Positions 10,535-18,820 of a DNA stretch of 64,000 nucleotides are shown here, piece after piece. This DNA comes from an uncultured Alphaproteobacteria bacterium. GTDB lineage: Bacteria > Pseudomonadota > Alphaproteobacteria > CAAHEQ01 > UBA3637. The notes below the pieces were generated by a model. It did not search any database and was not told where the DNA came from. It saw only the letters and a program-made list of their open reading frames with translations. The stretch is from positions 6,105 through 70,104 of the forward strand of contig CASECI010000029.1 in NCBI GenBank assembly GCA_949286465.1, written 5' to 3'. How positions within the stretch are numbered: the first letter of the stretch is position 1; every line of letters begins with the position of its first letter. The translations under genes and the position numbers were made by a program.

Positions 10535-11805
10535 TATAATTCATAAAATTTTTCATTTTTATAATAAACAGTTTTGTTACGGCCAGTTTTTTTAGCCTTA
10601 TATAAAGCCTGATCAGCCATATTTAAGACAAAATCGGAGCTTTCATTCCCTACTTTTTCAGCCACACCAGCCGAGAGCGTAATTTTAATAGAAGCTAAAT
10701 AAGGATATTTTTCATTTTCTTGACTGTATCCATTATGAGAAGGGGCACGCAAGAAAAAATCGGAATTAGAAATTAATGCACGAGTTTCTTCTATTTCATC
10801 CAATACTTCTTCTAGGTGTTTATAAGGGAATAATAAAACAAACTCTTCCCCGCCATAACGGTAGATATGACCTGATTTGGCATATTGAGATAATCGAGCA
10901 GAAATCATGCGTAAACCTTGATCTCCTACTTCATGTCCATAAGAATCGTTTAGTCGTTTAAAAAAATCTATATCCATAATAGAGAGCGTATATGGATGTC
11001 GTTCAAATTGCCGTAGCGCATTTGTAAGAGCGCGTCTTCCAGGAACATTAGTTAGTTCGTCAAGAAAGGCCATTCGATGAGATATTTGGAGAAGACTAAA
11101 TAATATAGTTGTTGTTGCAGCTAAGAAAAATATAGTAGGGATATTTCGTTCATAAATAAAATAGAAAGAAATGAAAGAAGTTGAAAAAACTCCAATGAAC
11201 GCTGTATCTAGGAGAGTTCTTTTCTTATGGAATAGCCATAAACATAAAGCAAAGAAAAGAATAAAACTAAATAAGCCTAATTGAGGCATAGCGGACATTT
11301 TGGGGCCAAAGAAAGTAAAGTTAATGATATTGGATAAGTTATATTGGAAATTTTTGAAAATGCTTTCGCCAAAAAGAGAAGGTAATAAATAAGTTAAAAA
11401 GTAAATAGTAATGATTTGTCCAGCAATAACAATAATTTTTCGAATAAAGGCATGAATAAATAAATCGTCTTGCTTGACATGGGTTATTAAGTAAACGTTG
11501 ACAGGGAATAACAAGCACATTAAGGGATATGCGATAAGAGTATAATAATTGTTATCAAATCGATGGTCAGCAAAGTACTCGATGAGAGAGTATGCTAAAA
11601 TAGTTAATAAGAGCAGGAAAAAAGCTTTATCTTGTTTAAGCCATAAACTTAAGCCTAGAGAAATAGCACAAATAGTATAGATAGCTGTTTTTAGGACGAT
11701 ATATAAAGTATGTTCATCTAAAACGATAGATAAGAAGAAAGCTCCAACAAGGACTGTCAGAATACATAAGAAAGCATATAGAAAAGATGAAAATAGTTTT
11801 TTCAT
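10531..11805 (-). CDS. membrane-anchored diguanylate cyclase (GGDEF)
   Basis: About 250 aa of hydrophobic TM segments, then a GGDEF domain with 'DELTNVPGRR', 'DIDFFKRLNDSYGHEVGD' and 'RYGGEEF'. Its stop codon overlaps the stop of the convergent 8060-10534 gene. Confidence 0.88.
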   Translation of the reverse strand: MKKLFSSFLYAFLCILTVLVGAFFLSIVLDEHTLYIVLKTAIYTICAISLGLSLWLKQDKAFFLLLLTILAYSLIEYFADHRFDNNYYTLIAYPLMCLLFPVNVYLITHVKQDDLFIHAFIRKIIVIAGQIITIYFLTYLLPSLFGESIFKNFQYNLSNIINFTFFGPKMSAMPQLGLFSFILFFALCLWLFHKKRTLLDTAFIGVFSTSFISFYFIYERNIPTIFFLAATTTILFSLLQISHRMAFLDELTNVPGRRALTNALRQFERHPYTLSIMDIDFFKRLNDSYGHEVGDQGLRMISARLSQYAKSGHIYRYGGEEFVLLFPYKHLEEVLDEIEETRALISNSDFFLRAPSHNGYSQENEKYPYLASIKITLSAGVAEKVGNESSDFVLNMADQALYKAKKTGRNKTVYYKNEKFYELY

Positions 11806-11905
11806 TATATTTTTACTTTTTCTTTCTTGCCTAAAGCATTATTATAACATAAAAAAAAGGAATAGTTAAGAGAAAAGATACAAAGTTGGATAAGAAGGAG
11901 CAAAG

Positions 11906-12538
11906 ATGAACAAAGAAGAAATACAAAAATTTTTTGAATTGTTGAAAGAGAAAGACCCTCACCCGAAATGTGAATTGAACTATAAAAATGCTTATACACT
12001 TATGGTTGCTATTATTTTGTCGGCTCAGGCAACAGATAAAGGGGTCAACAAAGCAACGGAAAAGTTGTTTGAAAAAGTTCAAACACCAGAACAGATGCTT
12101 TCTTTAGGAGAAGAGGGGTTAAAGGAATACGTAAAAAGCTTAAATTATTATAATAATAAGAGCCATAACATTATAAAGATGACAGAAGTATTGCTTGATA
12201 AATATCAGGGGTGTTTTCCGATGGATTTAGATGAATTACAGACATTACCTGGTGTAGGTCGAAAAACGGCGAATGTTTTTTTAAATGTATTAGAACATCG
12301 ACCGCTTATAGCGGTTGATACACACGTATTTCGACTAAGCAATCGATTAGGGTTGGCGCCAGGGAAGACACCTTTAGAAGTAGAAATGAAATTAGCTCGA
12401 GTTGTTCCTCAAGAATATAAGCCTGATGCACAACATTGGTTAGTTCTATTAGGGCGTTATATTTGTAAAGCGAAAAATCCTAAATGTTTTGAATGTCCGG
12501 TATCTAGTGTTTGCCATGCAAAAGAAAAATTAATTTAA
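11906..12538 (+). CDS. nth: endonuclease III
   Basis: HhH-GPD 'LQTLPGVGRKTANVFL...VDTHV' and C-terminal 4Fe-4S cluster 'CKAKNPKCFECPVSSVC'. Confidence 0.93.
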   Translation: MNKEEIQKFFELLKEKDPHPKCELNYKNAYTLMVAIILSAQATDKGVNKATEKLFEKVQTPEQMLSLGEEGLKEYVKSLNYYNNKSHNIIKMTEVLLDKYQGCFPMDLDELQTLPGVGRKTANVFLNVLEHRPLIAVDTHVFRLSNRLGLAPGKTPLEVEMKLARVVPQEYKPDAQHWLVLLGRYICKAKNPKCFECPVSSVCHAKEKLI

Positions 12539-12589
12539 TTCTTTCCAAAGATATTTCTTTTTTGTATGCTTTAATCGAGGGGATAAGTA

Positions 12590-14368
12590 ATGGGTCAAAT
12601 TTTAAAAAAAATTGTTTGTCTTTTCTTTTTATTGATTATGGGGCAAGTTTCATATGCTCAGGATTCTTCTCGGCAGGAAGTAACAGCTTTTGATAATCGT
12701 CTTAATTTTGGAGAAGAAACAATTGTTGACATAGATGGGAATCCTATTTTTTTGATAGGAGAAACAGTTGTTCCTGCGACAGAAAAAAAATCAGAGGCAT
12801 TTATTCCAACTCCTGTGAATTGGAAGGAAGAAAATCAGAAAGTAAGTATAAAAACTCCATTTGGAGAAAAACTTTCTGTTCCCTTCATTGAACATATTCC
12901 TTACTTTTTTATAACCATCCAACTTTTATCAAATGGTCAAGCGTTGGTAACAGAAAATATTCAATTAATAGTTACGCCTGAAGGGCCACATAACATATTT
13001 TCTCGTATTTATGATACAAAAGTCATAACTCCCCAAGGTATTTATTGGCCTGTTCATAGAAATATAATTAAAGTTTCGCACAATTATCGGTCTTTAGATT
13101 TTGCCATTCGGCAGGATGAAGGTAATGATCGGATGATTCTTACTTTTCCTGAAATAAGGGCATTAGATCCTGGATTACATATATTTGAAATTTCATATTT
13201 AGTTCCAGAAGCTCTGATTTCAGGAGAAAATGTAGATTTATTATTTTTAAATTTATTAGGGCGCTCTTTGCCATATCCTATTGAGCGAATGGGGTTGCTA
13301 GTTAGTATTCCTGCTTCTACGAAGGTCGTTGGGAAGAAGCTTCTTTTTGGAGAGAATAATATTGCTGTTGAGAATACCGTAGAAATAGGAGAAGATGAAA
13401 ATGGCCACATAGCTATGAAAGTTACTCGCCTTTTACCCCCTTTAACTGATGTTCGTTTAGATATTATGATGGAAAAAACGCCAGAGATAGAATTACCTAT
13501 TTTTTCTAAAATAGGAGATTTCCTTTTTAATAATTTTTTATTTACAATAATAGGAATTATTACTTTCTTAATTTTGAGTTATTATTTGATTGAAGCGAAA
13601 TTCCGTGGTACGGAAAATATGCGTAAAAAAACAAGGATGAAAGTTGCTCAAAAACTTTCTTATTCCGCCGATTTGTTAAGATATGTTCTCTATCGTGTTT
13701 CAGATGCTCGGACTGCAGCAAGTATTTTGTTATCTATGGCTGAAAAAGGAATTGTTATATTAGATGTACAATCAGATGAAAAGTTATCCATAACAAAAGG
13801 AAACCAAAAAAGAGGATTGACGCTTTCACAAAAATATATTTTGAATCGACTATTTTCAAAGGCATCTAACCAAGCTTATTGGGATTCATATCATTTCCAA
13901 AATGATAAGAAATTGTGGCGTATAATTCAGGTTGAATATTTTTTTGAATATTTCAAAGTTGCATCTCAGGAGTTATTCGGAGGATGGGTTTTAGCCGGTA
14001 TTTTCTTGTTTTTGATAAGCCTTACAAAAATCACGCCAAATGATGTTTTATTTATAAGTATTTTCTTAGCTAGCTCTGTTATCGTCGGTACGGGAATATT
14101 TATTTCTAAAGGTCCTTACCAAGCCTTAATACGAGAGACTTATGAAAATAAAGAGAAGTATTTGAAAGGTATTCTTAAAGATTCAATAGATCAACAAAGA
14201 AAAACAATAGAAAATAATGTTTCTATATTAGTAGCTATAGATGGTATTCGCCGTAATGTAGGGAATGACCTAAAAATTAAATTCCCTCTTCTATTTCAAG
14301 GAAAGGAGGGAAAAGAAATTTCCTTGACTTTTATAGATAAAATAGTCTTAAATAAAAATCATCATTGA
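12590..14368 (+). CDS. DUF2207-like envelope membrane protein
   Basis: Signal peptide 'LFFLLIMGQVSYAQ', a large N-terminal exported domain, one TM near aa 305-330 and two TMs near aa 455-505. This architecture and the 592-aa length match what I recall for DUF2207 proteins. SD GAGGGG upstream. Confidence 0.6.
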   Translation: MGQILKKIVCLFFLLIMGQVSYAQDSSRQEVTAFDNRLNFGEETIVDIDGNPIFLIGETVVPATEKKSEAFIPTPVNWKEENQKVSIKTPFGEKLSVPFIEHIPYFFITIQLLSNGQALVTENIQLIVTPEGPHNIFSRIYDTKVITPQGIYWPVHRNIIKVSHNYRSLDFAIRQDEGNDRMILTFPEIRALDPGLHIFEISYLVPEALISGENVDLLFLNLLGRSLPYPIERMGLLVSIPASTKVVGKKLLFGENNIAVENTVEIGEDENGHIAMKVTRLLPPLTDVRLDIMMEKTPEIELPIFSKIGDFLFNNFLFTIIGIITFLILSYYLIEAKFRGTENMRKKTRMKVAQKLSYSADLLRYVLYRVSDARTAASILLSMAEKGIVILDVQSDEKLSITKGNQKRGLTLSQKYILNRLFSKASNQAYWDSYHFQNDKKLWRIIQVEYFFEYFKVASQELFGGWVLAGIFLFLISLTKITPNDVLFISIFLASSVIVGTGIFISKGPYQALIRETYENKEKYLKGILKDSIDQQRKTIENNVSILVAIDGIRRNVGNDLKIKFPLLFQGKEGKEISLTFIDKIVLNKNHH

Positions 14369-14380
14369 AAGGAGAAAAAT

Positions 14381-15343
14381 ATGTCAGGTTTTCTAACATT
14401 CGCTTTAATTTTAGCAATTTGTGTTGTCATTGTTCTTATAAAAAGTATTGTTATCGTTCCGCAAGGATATGAATATACTGTTGAAAATTTGGGACGCTTT
14501 ACAAGATTATTGCGGCCAGGTTTTCATGTCCTTGTTCCTTTTATTGAAAGAGTGGGGAACAAAGTCAATAGAATGGAGCAGGTATTAGATGTTCCCTCTC
14601 AGGAAGTTATTACGAAAGATAATGCGATGGTTCGTGTAGATGGCGTTGTCTTCTTTCAAATACAAGAAACAGCAAAGGCAGCTTATCAAATCCATGATTT
14701 ATATTCGGGTATATTAAATCTTGTTATGACAAATATTCGAACGGTTATTGGAGGCATGGAAATAGATGAATTATTAAGTCAACGAGATGTTATTAATCAA
14801 CGTCTTTTAACAGTTGTTGATGAAGCGACTATTCCTTGGGGGACAAAGATTACGCGTGTAGAAATTAAGGATATTTCTCCTCCTCGTGACTTAATTGATG
14901 CTATGGCTCGTCAAATGAAAGCAGAGCGTGAAAAAAGAGCAAATATTTTAGAGGCAGAAGGATTTAAACAGGCCGCTATTTTGAAGGCTGATGGAGAAAA
15001 GCAATCTGCTATTTTGTCAGCGGAGGGTCGTAAAGAGTCTGCATTTAGAGATGCTGAAGCAAGAGAGAGAGAGGCTCAAGCAGAAGCTAAAGCCACTCAA
15101 ATGGTGTCTGAAGCGATAGAAAAAGGGAGTGTTCAAGCACTTAATTATTTCCTTGGTCAGAAATATGTTGAGGCTTTGCAGGAAATCGTTCAATCTCCTA
15201 ACCAGAAGTTATTGATGTTACCTTTAGAAACATCAGGATTAGTTGGAAGCTTAACAGGCATTGCAGAATTAACAAAAGAAGTTTTTAAGAAAGAGGGCAC
15301 TATTGAAGTAGCTCATAAAGGTAAAGGAAAAGATAAGGTATGA
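14381..15343 (+). CDS. SPFH/band-7 (stomatin-like) protein
   Basis: N-terminal TM, then SPFH core 'IVPQGYEYTVENLGRFTRLLRPGFHVLVPFIERV' and 'ITRVEIKDISPP', followed by an Ala/Glu-rich coiled coil. Confidence 0.9.
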   Translation: MSGFLTFALILAICVVIVLIKSIVIVPQGYEYTVENLGRFTRLLRPGFHVLVPFIERVGNKVNRMEQVLDVPSQEVITKDNAMVRVDGVVFFQIQETAKAAYQIHDLYSGILNLVMTNIRTVIGGMEIDELLSQRDVINQRLLTVVDEATIPWGTKITRVEIKDISPPRDLIDAMARQMKAEREKRANILEAEGFKQAAILKADGEKQSAILSAEGRKESAFRDAEAREREAQAEAKATQMVSEAIEKGSVQALNYFLGQKYVEALQEIVQSPNQKLLMLPLETSGLVGSLTGIAELTKEVFKKEGTIEVAHKGKGKDKV

Positions 15344-15825
15344 AAGAAGTTTGGCTTTCGTTGTCTCTAACAGGAATGTGGGGATGGCTTGTTTGTGGCT
15401 TAGTATTAATGATGGCAGAACTTTTTGTTCCAGGCGTTTTTATTGTTTGGATTGGAATAGGGGCTGTTTTAACAGGTTTTGTAGTTGCTTTTTTTCCCGA
15501 TTTATCTTTTTCATTTCAATTAGTTGTTTTTGCTGTTTTCTCAGCCATATCTGTTTTCCTCGGGTGGTTTGTTTACGGTAAAGTTTTTGGAAAATCAGAA
15601 AAGGAAAATTATTCTTATCTCAATCAAGGAGCAAAAGAATTTATAGGGAAAAGTTATCCTTTGGTAAAGGGAATAAAAGATGGGCAAGGTCAAGTTAAAA
15701 TAGGAGATACGGTTTGGCTTGTGAAGTCAGATGAAGCTCTTAAATCTGGAGAAATGGTTACTGTAGATAAAGTTGATGGAATAGTTCTGTATGTTTCAAA
15801 AAAAGGGGAGAAGCATGTTTCATAA
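15340..15825 (+). CDS. NfeD-family membrane protein
   Basis: The ATG overlaps the SPFH stop (ATGA). Three TM helices, then an OB-like C-terminus 'GQVKIGDTVWLVKSDEALKSGEMVTVDKVDGIVLYV'. This is the classical SPFH partner. Confidence 0.85.
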   Translation: MKEVWLSLSLTGMWGWLVCGLVLMMAELFVPGVFIVWIGIGAVLTGFVVAFFPDLSFSFQLVVFAVFSAISVFLGWFVYGKVFGKSEKENYSYLNQGAKEFIGKSYPLVKGIKDGQGQVKIGDTVWLVKSDEALKSGEMVTVDKVDGIVLYVSKKGEKHVS

Positions 15826-17239
15826 ATTATTAGCGGGATTAGCGGTTTCAACGATAATCCTGACTGTACAAGCTCAAGAGTTAGTAACGGTAACGCCAGA
15901 AAGCAGAGAAAAATTAACAGTTACTATTTATAACCAGGGAATTGGTTTAATTAAGGATGTTCGTCAAGTTCCTCTACAACAGGGGAAGAATCAAATTGCT
16001 TTTTCTGATATTTCCGATCAAATGATTCCAGAATCAGTTTTTGTTTCAGGGAAAGGGATAGAAGTTCAAGAACAAAACTTTAATTTTGATTTACTGACTC
16101 ATGATAACATGATGAGGAAAGCGATTGGGTCAACTGTAGATATTGAATGGACAAATCCTGTTACTGGAGCGACAGAAAGTCAGAAAGCTCAAGTTTTGGC
16201 TTTTAATGACGGGAATCCTGTTTTGAAAATAGGAAATAAAATAGAAACGAAATATCCTGGGCGTATTTTATTTAATCAGATACCTAAGAATTTGTGGTCA
16301 AAGCCAACATTAATATTAGATTTGATGAGTAAGCAAGCTGCGGGAGAAAATATTGAACTGTCGTATTTATCCAATGGGATAAATTGGAAGGCGGATTATG
16401 TTGCTGAACTTAATGATTCAGACGACGAAATGGATTTAAATGGTTTGGTAACTTTAACTAATAACACACAAGTTAATTATGAAAATGCGACATTACAGCT
16501 TGTCGCAGGAAGCGTTAATATAACTCGTCCAACTCCTCGATTGATGTATGAAAAGGCAGCGATGTTATCTGTTCAAAATGCAATGACAGCCGATTCTGCT
16601 ATGGGATCAGAGCAGTTAGGGGATTACTATTTATATACATTAGATCGTCCGACAGATATTTTATCTAATCAAACAAAACAAGTCGCTTTATTGAGTGGAG
16701 ACGCTATAAAAGTTCAGAAGCAATATAAATTTACGAATGTTATTAACGTTGCTTATACAACTGATTTTGAAGATGTTAAGCCATCCGTTTTCTTGGAATT
16801 TAAAAATAAGAAGGAAGATGGTTTAGGATTGCCTTTACCAAAGGGGACTATTCGTGTTTATAAAAAAGACCAGAACAATCGATTAATTTTTGTTGGTGAA
16901 GATAATATAGAGCATACAGCAATTAATCAAGATATTAAGCTTCGTTTAGGTCAGGCATTTGATATTACGGCAAAAGGAAAGAAAACAAGTTATACTTCTG
17001 TCAGTAATGATGTTTATGAGGTGGGTTTTGAAGTTGCTTTAAGTAATGCCATGAAAACTCCAGTTTCAGTAAGATTTGAGCAAAGATTGCCTAATAATTG
17101 GCGCATTTTATCAGAAAGCCAAAAGAGCTTAAAAGAAAATGCAAATACAATTTATTGGAATGTTGAGATTCCTCCGGAAGGCCAAACAATTTTAACATTT
17201 AAAGTACAAATTACTAAGAAAAATTCTGGATCAAAATAA
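15815..17239 (+). CDS. DUF4139-like exported protein
   Basis: SD GGGGAG precedes the ATG at 15815 (track start is 15791). Signal peptide 'MFHKLLAGLAVSTIILTVQAQ'. 'VTIYNQGIGLIKDVR' and a beta-rich C-terminal half recall DUF4139/TIGR02231 (MuiA-like) proteins. Confidence 0.6.
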   Translation: MFHKLLAGLAVSTIILTVQAQELVTVTPESREKLTVTIYNQGIGLIKDVRQVPLQQGKNQIAFSDISDQMIPESVFVSGKGIEVQEQNFNFDLLTHDNMMRKAIGSTVDIEWTNPVTGATESQKAQVLAFNDGNPVLKIGNKIETKYPGRILFNQIPKNLWSKPTLILDLMSKQAAGENIELSYLSNGINWKADYVAELNDSDDEMDLNGLVTLTNNTQVNYENATLQLVAGSVNITRPTPRLMYEKAAMLSVQNAMTADSAMGSEQLGDYYLYTLDRPTDILSNQTKQVALLSGDAIKVQKQYKFTNVINVAYTTDFEDVKPSVFLEFKNKKEDGLGLPLPKGTIRVYKKDQNNRLIFVGEDNIEHTAINQDIKLRLGQAFDITAKGKKTSYTSVSNDVYEVGFEVALSNAMKTPVSVRFEQRLPNNWRILSESQKSLKENANTIYWNVEIPPEGQTILTFKVQITKKNSGSK

Positions 17240-17240
17240 G

Positions 17241-18314
17241 ATGAAAAAAACACATTTTGTTCATTTTATCGGAGGGTGTTTTTTTAGTATTTTATGGGTG
17301 ACACAGATATTTGCGCGCGCTCCTTATGCAGATATAACTGAATTATTGAATGAAGCTCCACAGAATGACGTAACGGAGTTAATTCGACAAATTCAAGACC
17401 CAGAGAAAAATGAGCAAAAATTAATGGAGAAGTTTTTTGAACTTCCATTTGAATATCGTCAATATGTTTTTCCTGCTTTACATAAAACGCGAGGGATTTC
17501 TTATAAGACAAGGACGATGCCCGGAGTCATTGAATGGAAAGGTAAACTTCCGACACGTTTAGCTCCAGAAGTTCAAGAATTTGCCAAAGAAAATTTGCCT
17601 TACTTGTCTCCTTTTATGTATCCTTATTTAATGCCTGAAATGTGGCCATCATTTTACAAAAATAAAGATGTTCCTCAAAAGGAGGTTATTCCACCTATTG
17701 TCAGTTTAGATAATAAAGATTTTTTCAAAGTTTATCGGCCTAAATTTAGAACCTTAGAAGAACGTGGAATTTATCCTTTGCGGCCTCGTCCGGAAGCCGA
17801 GGGAGATATGTCAAAAGAAGATGTGGAAAAAGTTATAAATGTTATTCAATCTTTTAAACAATTCGCTGAAGGTGAAGAAGGGAAAGAACGAATGATGAAA
17901 GTTGCCTTAGCTTTGCCGAGAACGGCTGTTTTTGATGCAATGGAAAATCCATGTACGTCTTTGGTTGATCGTTTATATCAGACAGGAAATAGTGTTTTTG
18001 TTGAAAATGAATTTTATCAAATCGGTATGACGCGAAGTGAATTTACCAATAAGTGCGATCGTGTTATTAAGGCGTTTCGTGTAGCCAAAACACCTCCAAG
18101 CATTGTTCAGGATGTTCTTCAACGAAAGAAAGCTTATTTATTAATCGAAAAATATTTAGACCCAATGGTTCGTCAAGCATGGAAAACGACGATAGCGATG
18201 TTTGAAACGACACCAGCAGATGTGGACGCGGTTAAAGGAGATATGGAAACATTGGATAATCTATTTCGCCCACGTTATTTTATGTTAGGAACTCCGCTTT
18301 TACTTGACTTTTAA
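17241..18314 (+). CDS. hypothetical secreted protein
   Basis: The ATG lies 1 nt after the stop of the preceding gene. Signal-peptide-like N-terminus 'FIGGCFFSILWVTQIFARA'. No recognisable domain. Confidence 0.6.
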   Translation: MKKTHFVHFIGGCFFSILWVTQIFARAPYADITELLNEAPQNDVTELIRQIQDPEKNEQKLMEKFFELPFEYRQYVFPALHKTRGISYKTRTMPGVIEWKGKLPTRLAPEVQEFAKENLPYLSPFMYPYLMPEMWPSFYKNKDVPQKEVIPPIVSLDNKDFFKVYRPKFRTLEERGIYPLRPRPEAEGDMSKEDVEKVINVIQSFKQFAEGEEGKERMMKVALALPRTAVFDAMENPCTSLVDRLYQTGNSVFVENEFYQIGMTRSEFTNKCDRVIKAFRVAKTPPSIVQDVLQRKKAYLLIEKYLDPMVRQAWKTTIAMFETTPADVDAVKGDMETLDNLFRPRYFMLGTPLLLDF

Positions 18315-18355
18315 GATTTTTCCTATATCGTATGATGTAAGTAAGGAGAAAAAGA

Positions 18356-18820
18356 ATGAGTTGGACGCCAGAATTAATAAAAGAATTAAAAAAATTGTGG
18401 AAGAAAGGTTTAACGACAGGAGAAATTGGTCGTTCAATCGGAATGAGTAAGAATGCTGTTGTCGGAAAGGCTCATAGACTTGGTTTAGAAAGCAGACCGT
18501 CTCCAATTAAAAGAGAAGTAAAAATAAAAAAAGAAAAGCCTCGTACAGTCATTAAGAAAGAAGTTAAATCAGCACAAAAAGTAATAGAAGCGCCTATTGA
18601 AGCAGAAATCGAAGAGGCTGTAAAACCTGTTAAAAAAGTAAAAACGGGTAAGATAAAAGGGGTTAAGTTAGTTGATTTGAAACCAACTTCTTGTCGTTGG
18701 CCTGAGGGAGACCCTAAAGATCCAGATTTTCATTTTTGTGGAAAAGAAATCGTTCCTGGTAAATCTTATTGTGAGGAACATTGCGCAGTAGCCTATTCAG
18801 GTATCTTTAAGGCAAGATGA
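18356..18820 (+). CDS. gcrA: cell-cycle transcriptional regulator GcrA
   Basis: 'MSWTPELIKELKKLWKKGLTTGEIGRSIGMSKNAVVGKAHRLGL', a Lys-rich linker and C-terminal 'CRWPEGDP...FCG...YCEEH'. This family is specific to Alphaproteobacteria. Confidence 0.92.
   Translation: MSWTPELIKELKKLWKKGLTTGEIGRSIGMSKNAVVGKAHRLGLESRPSPIKREVKIKKEKPRTVIKKEVKSAQKVIEAPIEAEIEEAVKPVKKVKTGKIKGVKLVDLKPTSCRWPEGDPKDPDFHFCGKEIVPGKSYCEEHCAVAYSGIFKAR

Noticed and set aside
11805-12082. Small ORFs (64 and 83 aa) on the minus strand across the nth promoter and 5' region.
   Set aside because: Their products are low-complexity and Phe/Leu/Ser-rich, and they overlap the well-supported nth gene. Nothing supports them.
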